A program made the position numbers and the translations under genes. The notes under the pieces are model-generated. The model did not search any database and was not told the origin of the DNA. It saw only the letters and a list, made by a program, of their open reading frames with translations. A stretch of DNA of 64,000 bases from Camelus ferus (taxonomy: Eukaryota), in contig NC_045705.1 in assembly GCF_009834535.1 (NCBI RefSeq), forward strand, positions 62,992,001 to 63,056,000, given 5' to 3'. Shown one piece after another: positions 1 to 12,600 of this stretch (its first letter is position 1; every line of letters begins with the position of its first letter).

Positions 1-669
1 GGTCCCCAGGGGTGGCGCTGGGCCTGTGGGGAAGGAGCAGCAGACGGTCGGGCCCCCGCCGCCCTCTCACCCCTCCCGGGGCAATCTGGCGCTCTGAGCT
101 TGCAGCGCTACCCAACACCCAAACGCTCTAGGCTATCCGACTGTTTTCCAGCCACCTTGGGGTGCCATGCTGCCCTGTTCACAGTGAGGACTCAACCCAT
201 GTCGCTGGACCCTGCCAGGTGAAACTTCCTGTTTCCTTCTCCAAGGTGGGTGTGGTAGACCTGTTTAAACAAACACAACCTTTTCTCCAGCTGGCGGGCC
301 AGTCCTACCAGATGAACACAACGGCCTGTAATAAGCCTCCACCAGGGCAGAGGCTCCCTACCTCGCACCCACCCAAATAAGAACCCTGCTCACAGCTCTT
401 CCCTAGGAAAAAGTGGGCACTGGGGAAGAAGGCCACAACTGCAGCCCACTCCTGCCCCCACCCCCCCAGGTGAGGGCTCTCTGAGAAGCAGATCTGCTTG
501 GTATTTCTAGGGACTACTTGCTACTAGCCCCACTGGGTGTAGAAATCCTCTTTCTTCCAAAAACAAACAGCAAAACAAATAAAACTACCTGAAGAGAACA
601 CCCCAAATCAGCTTCCCTGGATTCAAGCAGGTAGTAATAGTAAAGATAATAACCTTTAATCACAGTAGA

Positions 670-895
670 TAGAGCTAATATCATTTATTGAGCACTTACT
701 ATAGGCCAAGCACTGTGCTAAAAGCACTGCAAACATTATCTCATTTAGCGTTAACAAACCCCCTCCTCCAGGGAAGCAGCAAGACCAGCATCCTACAGTT
801 GAGGAAAGTGGGGTTGAGAGAGGTGAGGTGACCACTCAGAGTAGTGCAGCTGACAGGTATTGAGACTGTCATGGAATCCACATCTACCTGCCCTT
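670..895 (-). mobile_element. MIR SINE
   Basis: catttattgagcacttactataggccaagcactgtgctaa is the reverse complement of the MIR 3' end. Confidence 0.8.
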
Positions 896-1047
896 AATCT
901 TGCAGCTCAGCTGGATCTACCTCACCATACTTCGATGTTCTTCATGAAGCCTCACTGCCCTAGATGTTTCCAAGACCACCCCACCCCCGCATCCTCATGT
1001 CTCAGCTGAGAGCCACATGGAGGAAGGCAGTAACACTTCACATTCCC

Positions 1048-1215
1048 ACAGCACTTTATAGCCTGCAGAGTGTTTCACAGCCACTGTCCAAATCAACTCT
1101 TATGATACTGAGACCCTCTTTTGATTTTACAGGAGAGAAAACTAAGGCTTAAAGGAACAAGTTTTGCCCCAAGTCACACAGTGAGTAGTGGAGCCAGAAC
1201 TCAGATGAAGATTGT
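1048..1215 (-). mobile_element. MIR SINE
   Basis: ttttacaggagagaaaactaaggc...ccaagtcacacag is the antisense MIR core. Confidence 0.7.
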
Positions 1216-1589
1216 GGGACTCCCAGCCCAGTGCTCTCTCCCCATTTCTTCAAAGCTGGGGTCCTGCAGGCAAGCCAAAAAGGGGGCCTTAAGGGCCTTC
1301 ATCTCCTGAGGGACTTTGTGAGGTCCTGACCTAAGCTGCTACCCTCCTCCTGGGGCCATCAGTTGGCTCAGCTCTAACTTGGAGCCTCGGAGTCTCATTC
1401 TAAATGAAAATTTCTTTTCCAGGCAATTACTTCCTGCTAATTAGAAAGCAAGGCTGCCAGTCCCTGGGCCCTGGGCTGACCCCTTTTCTCAACTCACAGG
1501 GGTGGGGGATTGTTGAGGTACTGGGTAGCAGCACCAGCCACAGGAACTGCTTGTGGCTCGGCCCCATCATCTAAAGGAGGCCAGGAAAC

Positions 1590-2050
1590 TTTTGAGAGCA
1601 GGGGGACTGGTGGAGGAGTAAGAAGCTCCAAGGAATGGGAAGAAGGGAGGTGGGGATGCTGGGGAGGAAGGGGCTCAGAAGTGGGAGAAAGTCAGGGGAC
1701 AAGAAGCTAGAAGGAGCCTAGATGTGCTATGCAGAGTAAGTGAGAGACCTAGGCTCAGGAGCAGCAGGGGGAGCCAGGAAGATCCAGAGAAAATGGGGAC
1801 ACGTCATAGGAAAGAAAAAGGAGGCATCTCAGGAAGCAGGGAGACAGAATGTGGGGGGAGAGATCTCCCCTATGCAGAGGAAGTGGAAGCAAGAAAGAAC
1901 CCTGGAAAATGGTCAAGATTACAGGAGTGGAAGAGGTAGAGGCAGGGAGATACTGGGAGACTCCAGGAAGGGGCAGGAGAGAGGAGGAATTGCTGAAGGA
2001 AAGCCCCTGGGAGAAAGGGAGGAGAGCGGGGGAGGACAGCTGGAGTGGCA
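1590..2050 (-). mobile_element. Probable degraded L2 internal fragment (purine-rich on plus strand)
   Basis: Strong purine skew, resembling the internal part of the L2 at 24.2-25.0 kb. No diagnostic motif found. Confidence 0.35.
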
Positions 2051-2654
2051 GCTCCCTGGGCCCCAAGAAGGGCTCTCCCTACGTCATTGTCCTTGAGCCT
2101 CCCCCAATGTCAGTGCCCAGCCAGTCAGGCCTGCACGCCCTCCTACGCAGCCACAGGTGCGGGCGGGCATGATGGTAGGCCACCAGCCGGCTCTGGACCC
2201 AGATGATCCACTCACCCAGGGCAGCCAGCCGACTTTCCTTCCTGCCAATCTGCCACCCCCTCCTGTGGGCTAAGCCAGGACCCTCCCGGGTCACAAAGCA
2301 ATAGGACCAAGGAACTCTGGGACTGTGGGGTCCAGCCCCTCCACTTTACAGAGGGAAGATAAAGGCCCAGAGAGAAAACAGTGCTTGTCCAAGGTCATAT
2401 AGCAAGTGAGTGACAAGGCCAGATGAAGAGGGCTCAGGGGTTAAGCCACAGTGGTGGGTCCTGTTTCCTCCCGAGCTAAGCCAAGAACAGGAGACAAAGA
2501 CAGGTTTTGGTTGGCAGCAAGTCAGTCCCTGATCAGTCTAAGCCCCGTGGATTGTGGGGTGGCAGGCAGAAGGGAGTGAGGGTTGCCAGGGGCTGGAAGG
2601 GAAGCAAAGGAAGTCACCATTTATGGAGCACTGGGTGGGAGGGTTCTGCCTGGG

Positions 2655-2880
2655 TTATAATTGCAGCTAACGTTATTGAGCACTTACTAGGTACAGTGTT
2701 CCAGCCACTTAAGACATTATGTGCAGATCTCATTTAATCCCCACGATAACCCTATAAAGCATGTATTACTGTTATTCCATTATAGGGAAGAAGCTGAGAC
2801 TCAGGAGGGTTGAGTAATTGGCCAAGTCCACAGGCTAACCAGTGGCATGATTCTAACTCAGGCAGCTGGCCACTGCTCTG
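2655..2880 (-). mobile_element. MIR SINE
   Basis: ttattgagcacttactagg...ctcatttaatccccacgataaccct...gaagctgagactcagg...gccaagtccacagg. Confidence 0.8.
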
Positions 2881-3059
2881 AGGACCCTTCCACCCCCGCA
2901 TCATCTGAAGAGCTCAGATCCCCGAGTTCCCAAGACCTCAGCCCAGCCCTGGCAGAATCCAGCCTCCAGATGCCAATGGAGTTACAGTCCCGTGTTGTGG
3001 GGGCTTCTTGTGGCCCAGAGGATGTCCTCAACTTGAACAAGCCCTGTCTTAAGGTACTG

Positions 3060-3190
3060 GAGTTGGGTTCTAGTCCTGGCTCTGCCACTAACTTGCTGTG
3101 TGACTTTGGGCAGGTCATTTGCCCTCTCTGGCTTTGATGCTCCCACCTCTGTCATCAAAGGGTAGGACCAGATAATAAGAGCTTGTACAG
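3060..3190 (+). mobile_element. MIR SINE
   Basis: gggttctagtcctggctctgccactaacttgctgtgtgactttgggcaggtca is the MIR core. Confidence 0.8.
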
Positions 3191-3199
3191 ATGGTGCTA

Positions 3200-3415
3200 A
3201 CCCTGTGGCAGGCATGGTTCTAGGCAGTGTACAGACATTAACTCATCCAACCATCCTGGCAAGCCCTCTGAAGTCAGTGCTATCATTGCCTCCATTTTAC
3301 AGACAGGGAAATGAGGCAAAAAAAGGTTAAGGAACTTGCCCAAGGTCACACAGCTAATGAATACATGGCAGATCTGGGATTTGAACCCCAGTACTTTTGA
3401 TCCAGAGCCCAGGCT
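3200..3415 (-). mobile_element. MIR SINE
   Basis: ccattttacagacagggaaatgaggc...cttgcccaaggtcacacagct...gggatttgaaccccag. Confidence 0.85.
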
Positions 3416-4694
3416 CTGGCTGCCATTCTGCCTTATTTCCCGAATGACTCTCTCAGCCCCTGCTTGGTGCCCGCAGGAGGTCTGCTTACGGCCCTCTACA
3501 CAGGCACACATGCCGTCGTGTTTCCACATGGGAAGCACACACATTGACATGTGTCTGCATGACGTGACATGCATCAGCTTATGCTTCCACACTCGCTCCT
3601 GTGTGGCCACCAAATTTCTGTATGGGATAGCCACACTCAGCCATCCATTGCTACAAGAACAAGCCAACTCCAGCAGGCCCACATGTACGTGCACACACAG
3701 CCCCCTTTCTGGGCACTGGCTGCCTTGTGTGCCATGCTTGAGCATGTGACCACAGTGGCAGTGACGAGGGCCGCCACACCCCTTCTCCTCTGGCCCCCTC
3801 CAGTGCCTGGGTGGCTCACACGTCACATCGCACACCTGCCAGCACCCCCATCCACGCTGCCTTCCCCACGCCTCTCCCCTAACAGAAGCAGGCACCTTCC
3901 TCAGGAAGGAAGCAGGCACAGGCCCAGCCTGGCTCCCACAGCCCAAAGATGCCAGCCAACCCGGGGGTGGAGAGGGAGAAAGAGGCAGCAACTGGAGGTT
4001 CTGGGGGCCTGGGGTCCATGGTTCCCATCTGAGACTAAGCCCTCCCTTAGGTCTGAGTTCCAGAGCTCAGCTCTTAAGACCCTAGAGATGCCAGCTCCCC
4101 TCTGTCACTGCGTGATATGGGGTCAGATGGGGGACCAGAGGACAGAGGGTCGGTCCATCACTCCCTAGCAGGACTGTGGTGCCATGAGGGCTTCTCTGGC
4201 CGAGTTACCATTGCACCCTGCCAACCCCATCCCTGGTCCCTGCTCTCCTCCCCCTGCCCAAGCATCTCAGAGTTCTGGGTATTTTTAGGCCTCAGCTGAC
4301 AGGCTGTGAAATCGCTCCCTTCGCACCTCCCTAACCAGGCGGGGGCTGGAGAGGGAGGAATGGGGTTGGGGGGGGCACACACAGCCAATTCATCAGGCTT
4401 CTCTAGGGCTGGCAGGTGCCAAGCAGGGAGTAAGGGGTGCCTCCCCTTGATTGAGCGGATCCTTCCACCGTGCCTGGAGAGAGGGAAAGGAAACAGGGTG
4501 GGAAGAAGGCTCCACCCCACTCCGGGGACCTGAGAACAAAGGCTTTAAGGGACACCCAAGCACTAAAGGAGGCAATGGGGACATGCTTTGAGTCTAGCTC
4601 TACAGCCAGTACCGATTCCCAGCCCTCCCTTCCCAGCGATGGGCCGAGAGACAGACTGGCTCAGATCCCAGTGGGATAAGGGAGCACCGGGCAG

Positions 4695-4860
4695 TGTCAC
4701 CCAGTGGTTAAGACCGAGGCTTTGGAGTGAGGCTGACTTGAAATCTCATCCCTACTCTACTGAGTGACCTGGTGAGACACTCCACCTCTTTGAGCCTCAG
4801 TTTCCCCATCTGTTTGACAATGGTAATGATACCTCCCTTGCGGGACGGCTGTGAAGATTA
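4695..4860 (+). mobile_element. MIR SINE
   Basis: agtggttaagaccgaggctttggag...gagcctcagtttccccatctgt. Confidence 0.8.
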
Positions 4861-5849
4861 AACGAAAGATGTATGTGAACAAGCAGATGGTCTCTGGGCC
4901 CACAGGGCACTGCTAAGAGATTCTCCTTTGCTGTTTCCCTGACGGGCAAATCCTCCTAACCCCTCCTTTTCTGGGCTGCCTTCCTCACCATGACCCCTGG
5001 GCCCACAGTTCATCCTGGCTGGCCTGACCCTCTTCCCCAGGGGAACAAATCCCCAGCTGAGGTGAGTAGAAAACATAGACCCTCCTCACCTTCCTGCTTC
5101 CTGCTGCAGGGCACACATCCACATCACTTGGCACATGGATCCAAATGCCAACGTGCTCAGGTGCTGCCAGCTCCTGGGTGTGAGGGCATTTGCTCTTGGA
5201 TGACCCCCTAGGGACGTGGGAAGACATATCCAGGCCTTGCTGTGAATGGGCCCCCGTGCCAGGGGCTGTGGGCATGGAGAGGCGGGGCGGCCAGCCTAGT
5301 TGCTGTGGAGACAGGTTGGCTCTGGTGGGGCTCTGGAGCTCAGGCCTGGCAGCTGGCGCTTGAGTTGTGTGGCTCCTCCAGGGCTGGGCCCTGATGCCCA
5401 GGGTGCAGGGTAGGGTGTGGTGTAGAGCTGATCCTCAGAAACCTGAACTGTGACCACTGGGCCCTGGGTCTGCACACTTTGGCTCTAAATCTCTCCCTGA
5501 GAGGCTTTCTCTCATACCCTGGCCCCCGAGATAAGCCCCCTGGGGGTGTCCATCCATGCCTACCTGCACCAGCCTGTCCTCTTGACTGCCCGTTACCCAC
5601 CACAAGCTTTCCCAAGGCAGGGCCCCAGTCTGGCTGGATGCTGTAGACCTCCTGGTATGGGTCCTTTGGACACAGCTCTGTGTAGGTGAGACAGGAGGGG
5701 CTGGACAATGGCTGGACAGAGCCAGCTCCATATACCTGCCTGCCTCCAGGCTCCCCACCCTCCACATTGTCGCAGAGTTAAAGTTCTCCATAGAGATATG
5801 CTCGAAAGCCATAAGGCCCTCCACTGCCTTAATTAAAAAAAAAAAAGAA

Positions 5850-6110
5850 GTCCAGCTTTCCTATTTCAGAGTGCCAGAACCTTCATAATCTGGCCCAACC
5901 CGACTTCCCCAAACCTTAACTCCTGCTACTGCCCCTTGAAGGCCTCCCTTCTAGCTGCACACGTGCAGATACTGCTACCTCAACTGGCTGGTCACACCTC
6001 GGGGCCATTGCATGTCCTGTCCCCACTGCACAGAACGCCTCATCCCTGCCTACTCACGTGGCAAGCTCTTATTCTTCCTTCAGGATCCAGAACCCTAGAC
6101 CCAGAGCTCA
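5850..6110 (+). mobile_element. L2 LINE 3' fragment
   Basis: ccttcataatctggccc...ggccattgcatgtcctgtccccactgc...ttattcttccttcaggatccag resembles the L2 3' region. Confidence 0.55.
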
Positions 6111-6399
6111 TGATCTTGGGTCTGGCAGTGTGGCTGGAATCCCAAATCAACTTCTAATTGCAAGTGCCCCCTTCCCAGGATGGCCTGAGGATAGATGAGC
6201 AAACGTACGTCGTGGGCTTAGAACCTCACCTGGCACCAACTAAATGCTCAACAAATCTTTGCTGTTCTGATGGTAACTGACTGACACTGCCTCAGTGAAG
6301 CCCTCCCCAACTTGTCCTCCACCAGGGCGGAGGCAGGCATGTCCTCCTCAGAGCTTCCGGAACCCTCATCCCACACATCAATCACTCGGTGCAGGGTAA

Positions 6400-6620
6400 T
6401 GCTGATAACAGCTGCCGTTGTCTGAGTGTTTACTATGTGCTGTGCTTTCCGCTAAAGATGTTTTCTGCCTTATCTCCAACTTCATCCTCCAACCCCATGG
6501 AAGGTAAGAACCATCACCATACCCATTTAACAGAGAGGGAAACTGAGGCTAGAGTGGTAGAGTAACTTGCTCCAGGGACACAGCCACAAGTGTCTGTGCC
6601 AGAAGCTGTTTGATCCTAGA
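6400..6620 (-). mobile_element. MIR SINE
   Basis: tttactatgtgc...cccatttaacagagagggaaactgaggctagag. Confidence 0.75.
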
Positions 6621-9600
6621 GACGTAGCTTAAGCAAGCCATCCCCTGCTGCACATACGTAAAGTGCTTAGCACATAGTGAGTGCCCCACAAGGAAGAGTG
6701 TGCTATTATTATGCTATTGTTATTACCAGGGGAGGAAACAGGGTATGTTAGGTGACCTAAGAGGGGCTTCCTTATGCTGGACCGCTATAAAGCATGGGAT
6801 TCCCACTTTCCTGGAGAAAGAGAGGGCTCAGAGGGGCCCTTGGGCTACCAGGGATGAGGATTGCAATGGCGAGAAGGTACCCTGGGAGCCCTAATATCTG
6901 GACCCCGTGGGCCTGAGGAACCTGAGGAGTGCTGGAGTGAGCAAATGCTCGAGGCTTTCAGGGTGAGCCCAGGTTGGGCAGAGCAGGAGAGGGCCGGCCG
7001 TGTGCTGGCTGAACTGGCCACCGCTCTCTGGCCCCGCTGACACCACCCCGTGGTAATGAGACGGATCCAATTTGTACCCAGGGCCCCGCCGGGAGCAGCT
7101 GCCGCGGCAGGATTTGAAGTAATTTAATTGGACACATTAGCCACACAGCTCTCTCCTCCGCTCCCCTCATGGAGGGCCTCACACAGTCGCCCTTCATGGC
7201 CTCCCACAGTCCACGCTACCTGACCCTGGCTGGAGGCAGGGTGCACGCTACCCCAGCCAGCACTGTGAGACCCCTACCTGCTAGGACTGACTTCTCGGCA
7301 CTCCTCCTCTCTCATTCTGGGGGCTCCTGAGGGCTCCAGAACCACAGGGCTGGTGGGGTTCTGTTTGCCCAAAGTTCTCCCTTTTCTCTGATGCAACCAG
7401 AAACTATGGGCTGGGCTCAGACCTCTCCCTCCTGTCTCCTCTGATGGGCAGAACAGGTCACCCCCTTTCCACCCCCAGTCAGCTGGAGAACCACAGCTTC
7501 CTGCTTTCCAGGAAGGCATGGCATCCAAGGTGCAGGGCCATTACCAAGACAGTGGTGGGTGGGGGGCAGTCTTCCTCTTACGGCTCTGGGGGAGGGGTGC
7601 ATACACACACACAGAATTAGACATAGCCACAAACACATATGCATGCCCAGTTAGATCCATGCACACAAACACCCCCCCCCACACATACATGCTGAGAGAC
7701 CCACAGGCTGTAATGGATGTGTCTGTATCTGTACACACCAAAGCTCCAACTCCCTCCCTCCCCTGCCACAACGTCCATGGCCAAGCAAGTTGCCTGGCCA
7801 GGTGAGGCCCTGCTCCCAGCTGATGGAAGCTTCAGAGGTGGCCAAGCTGGCAGGTGGGAGGGTGTGGCAGGGGGCAGGCAGGGCCCCTGGAGGGTACAGG
7901 CCCCGCCTGGCTGGGTACAGGGCTAGAGGAGGTGCCCTCCCCCAGTGCTTTCCATCACAGCTCCCAGTGCACCTCAACACACCTCGCTACAAATATACTC
8001 ATTAGCTGCTGTTTACAGCGGGCACGGCACTCAGATGAGCGCAGCTATTACGGCTGTCCAGCTGCCACCCGCACACGCAAGGAGGTACACACAGCACAGA
8101 GCTTCTCCCCACCGGCCCCGCCCTCCCTTTCCACCTGTGCGGTGGCCCCACACTCAATCACTTGGATTTTTCCATTTCCTCCAAACATCCCAGCTCACCA
8201 GACAGGTCGGCTCCCTGCCTGGCCCCCGCAGGTGACACACCTCTTCCAAGGAGCTCCTCCAAGTGGAAGCTGCAGACCCCCCACTCCCCAAGAGCAAGTC
8301 CGATAGGCCAGCCCACTCTCCAACCAACTGGATCCAGAGTTCCAGGCGCAGGCTCTGGGCGCTGTCCAGCCCCTTCTACAGGTCCCGTGCTGCCTGCCAA
8401 CTCCGTTCCAATCCTTGGGGAATTCTGCAGGGTGAGACTGAAGCCCTGTCCTCTAGACACAAGCTGGATGGGGCCCAGCAAGGCTGCCCCTGCTGCCTGG
8501 AAGGTCAGGGACTTCCATGTCCATGGAACTGGCACAGTCCATCTGGTACCACTGGCTGGGGTTCCCTGGCAAGGCAAGCAGGCACCCGGGCTGGGCCTGG
8601 CACAGGCCTCCTCCGGCACCTGGCCAGACCAGTGACCATCCCAACAGAGAGAGCTGACCTCACCAGAGGCATGTGCCACCTGCTGGGCACTGCCCAGGGA
8701 ACAGGGCGCTGCCTCCATGCAGGGCTGCCCGGGCCCACCCGAGATGCCTCAGTGCCCCTGTGGGGCCTGTGAAGCCAATTCCTCTTTCAGCCGAGTTCTC
8801 TGCTCAGGAGTGGGTCTCTCATCCCCTCTTTGAGGCCCCCCTCACCACTCTTCTCCCTGCTGTTCCCGGCCTCACTCCCCTGGGTGAAACAGTTATTGAA
8901 AACAGTTCATCAGATTCAATAAGGATTCAAAGTCCCTGAGAGAATAGGGGGAGGGTGTGGGGAGAGGAGGAGTGGGAACAGGGGACCACCCACTCCTCCT
9001 CTGCCTGTCCCTCAGGACCTCTTGCATCAGCAGCGGGGAGAGGGTGAGAAAGACACAGTCCTTCACTGTCACTCTATGCTGCCTTCAGTGCCCCTTGGGC
9101 CTGAGCCTGCAGTCCGCTAGGGGCAGGGCCCAGCTGCCACAGGCCTGTCTTTTTTCACCTGACACTCACCTGTTCCCTGCCTTCCAGCTGTCCCTCACCT
9201 GTCACCTGCTGGCCTGTGCCTTCCCAACCCAGTCCAGCCTGCTCTAGCCCCACTTCCCCAACCAGGAGGGGCTCTGAGGCTCTCTCCCTCTCTACCATCC
9301 CCCAGGCCGTCAGTCAAGTTATCCCCACAAGACCCCCAAACAGCACGACTCAGGGCCAAGGTTGGGGGGGGGGTTCCTGTCTCCCTGGAACCACTACAGC
9401 CTAGGGGCATTGGCTACCTGGACCCAAGCCCCACATAAGCCATATGTCAAGCCCAGCATTTCAAGCCTGTTCCACCTCAAGTCCACCTCCCAGCCATGGC
9501 CCGTTGGGAGGTCACTTGATCTTCAGTCCCAGACTTTGACCCAAGCTCGGGATGCAGGCCAGGGAGGTCTGGGCCAGTCAGATGGGGCAGGCAGGGGCTT

Positions 9601-12600
9601 GGGGGTGGGGCTGGTAGATGGGGTTGGGGAGAGTTTGCCAGTGAAACCGTCAGACAGGCCTCCTTAGACTGTCCCCCACCCAGCCCCTGTCCCTAACCTT
9701 GATGGCTCTCACAGCATACCCCTGATCTGCCCTTTCAGGAAGGCCCCTGACTCCTGCCCCACACATCACCCAACAGCCTCTGCCCCTAAGTTGTGCTGTG
9801 GGTGGAGGGTTGGCCTGGACAATCTTGTGGATCCTTCTGCCTTGAGAGAGGAGACCCACTGTGCCAAAGTCCCTGTCCCATGCAGAGTGTTCCCCACACT
9901 CCCTAGGAATGACCTGCCCAGCAGAGTTGCTGTAGGAGGCAGAGCCCACTAACAGGTGGGACAGACAGAGAAGACCTCAAGCACTGCTACCCCCAAGGAC
10001 AAATTCACAGAGGGCTGGGGGCAGGGCAGGCAGCCCTCAGGACCTGAACTCTCTCCCAGCGCTGCTGCACCGGCCCAGACTTTCCCTCTTTGGCCTTGCT
10101 CACTCGCTCACCGCAAGGTCACCTCTCCCTCCCTCTCTCCCTGCTGCCGTCCTGCCTGCCCACTGCAACGCTGACCCCTGTGGGCCTGCTGAGGCCCTGC
10201 CCTGCCAGGGGACAGACGATTGGAGGGACACAGGGAGGCCTGGCCAGGTGAGCTTTGGGATGAACAGGGGATGAAGGCTGATGCCAGGGAGAGGGCGCAT
10301 GTCCATGGGAGGAGGCAGAGGGGAGGTTGCAGGCATGGCCAGGAAGGCTGGGCAGAGTTTGGAGCAGAAGCGAAGGGGGTGTGTGGGAGGGGGCTGATCA
10401 TTCTTCACTGGGCTCCAGCTTTTTCCCACAGTCCCTTGCTCCAGCCAGGATAGATCTGGGAGAGAATTGCCTGGGGGCCAGGGGCCCATGTTGGGAGGGA
10501 ACTGTGCCTGTCCCCTGTCAGGGTAAGGGTCTTAGCAGTAGGCTGAGCCCTTTGGGGATTTGCAGAGTGCATGGTATGAAGGAGGGGGTACCACAGGGAC
10601 CTTCTGGAACCAGCCTGGGACATGAGGGAGCAGGAGAGGACAGGAGATTACAATTTTTTTTTTTGAGGATTGGGCCACAGGTGTTCCTGGCAGTGAAATG
10701 AGGTGATGAGGATGTAAAAGGTACTGGCCTTTGGGGGATCAGAGGGACGGTCCTGAATCACACAGGAGTTATTTGCATATCTTACTAACACCCTGGTGCC
10801 AGGCTTGTGGGACACATACCCTGTCTGGGAGAGCAGAGTCTGGGGAGCCTGGGGTGAACTGGGTAGGGGAGACAGTCTGGCCTGGAGCTGTCAGAGGTGG
10901 GCAGGGATGTCAAGGGACACAGAAACCAGACTGAGGTCTCTGGCCCCTCATAGACCCCCAGGGGACTAGGATCAAAGGTAGATTCTGCTCCCTCCAGCCT
11001 ATTTCTGATCCTGTCTAGCCCAGTGCCCACATCAGAGAGAAGTAAACCTCAGGCCAGCCTGTTTCCCAGTCAGAGCTGCCCCTGCCACAGGAGTGATGGT
11101 TCCTGCAGCTGGAGTGGGCAAGACAGGTCTCCAGCCCAGACAGGGAGGCCCATTCGAAGAAGGGGAGAGGGAACAGTCTGGGGTCTGCCAGCTTGCCAGG
11201 GGCAGCACTGGGTTCCAAGCCCTTTGCCCAGAAGATACCGAGCATATCAAGTTGGCCTCTGTGGAGAGGGCAGAGGTTCTTGGAGGAGCAGTGATGTCAT
11301 GGTGCCCAAGAGTGGGAAGAAAGAGGAGGGAGGGAGAGGGGCCCCAGGCAAATGGCCTAACAAGAAAGGAGAGGCTGCCAGCCTGGCAGGGCAGGGGGAG
11401 GGGAGTGTCCTCACTGCATCCCCTCTTCCATCTTTGGACCCGGGGGGCTGGTCTCTGAACTAAGCTATTGGCTTCTGAGAGGGTGATCCAAGCAAGAGAA
11501 TGCTTCTGTCCTTGGTCCAAGAGCTAGAAGCTGGCAGCCTCTTGGGGGAAGATGCCAGTGTAGGTGACCTGGGTCCAAAGAGATGAAGGGAGGGGTCTCC
11601 AAAGGCAGTGTCCCTTCAGCCATCACCTAGAGGGCATTCATAGATGGGCATGAGGTTCCAGAGAAGGAGACTGAGTCTCTTCCACCCACATACGTAAACG
11701 CTAAGTGAGTGCAGTGCCTGGCACCCAGGAGGTCCCTCCTCGGGAGGGCTCGGACTGCAGTGACTTGAAGGGGGTGAGAGAGGAGGCAGGGAACAGGGTG
11801 AGGCTGCCCTCAGAGGGAAAGAGCAGATGAAGGGCCGGGCCAAGAGTGGGCAAAGCCGGACTGGACTGCCTTCGAAAGCCTAGAGGTTCTAGGCTCCGTT
11901 TGTGGAGGGCCTGAGAGTTGTCCCTCCCCTGGGGACCCCCAACCCCCAGAGATCAGCAGCAGTAAACCTGGAGGCTCTTCATCTGAGAGCAGGTCCTCAG
12001 GCTGGGGTGTCACGCTTTTAGCATCAAAAAGAAACCCAGAAGCGGCAGACTAGGGGTGCTGGGGCTGGGGTGGGGCACCCCAGGTGGGCACTGAGACTGA
12101 GCCTGGGCGGGAGCTTCAGGGGACCTGTCTACAGGTGGGCACTGTGTGAGGAGGCGTCAGGAGCCAAGGAGGAAATGGCAGAGCAATTTCCCAAGGAAGG
12201 TGGAAAGAATCCTCAGCTTGGCTTCCAGGATACCAAGCAAACGTGGGCTCCCAGGCCACTCCCTGGCTTGGGCTTGGGAGAAATGCAAAGGAGCACGGCC
12301 CCTCCCTCTCCCTCCCCCAACAGGACTGGAGTGAGTTTGGGGTTCTTTGCTTTCCCCCTCCTCAAGCCCTGGAGAACATTCCCCGGGCACCCCTATTCTC
12401 GCCAGTCTCTGCTTTCTTTCTCTTCAGGTACCCCTGCCTCCCTCCTCAACGCTCCTGCGGTCCACCCCCACCCCAGAAGCCCCCCTCCCCTGCTGCTGCA
12501 CCAGATTCCCACTTGCCCCCTGGCACCCTCTCAATTCACAGTCGGCACCGCCGATGTCACTCTGCTTCCTGGTGCACACAACCTTGGCCAAAAGCTCCCT

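Noticed and set aside
3197-4168. Overlapping 137-264 aa ORFs
   Set aside because: They run through MIR sequence (e.g. CVTLGKFLNL...CKME is a MIR translation) and show no protein family similarity.
7050-7066. GTGGTAATGAG(A)CGGAT shared with 32779-32794
   Set aside because: Matches of this length with one gap are expected a few times among all position pairs in 64 kb.
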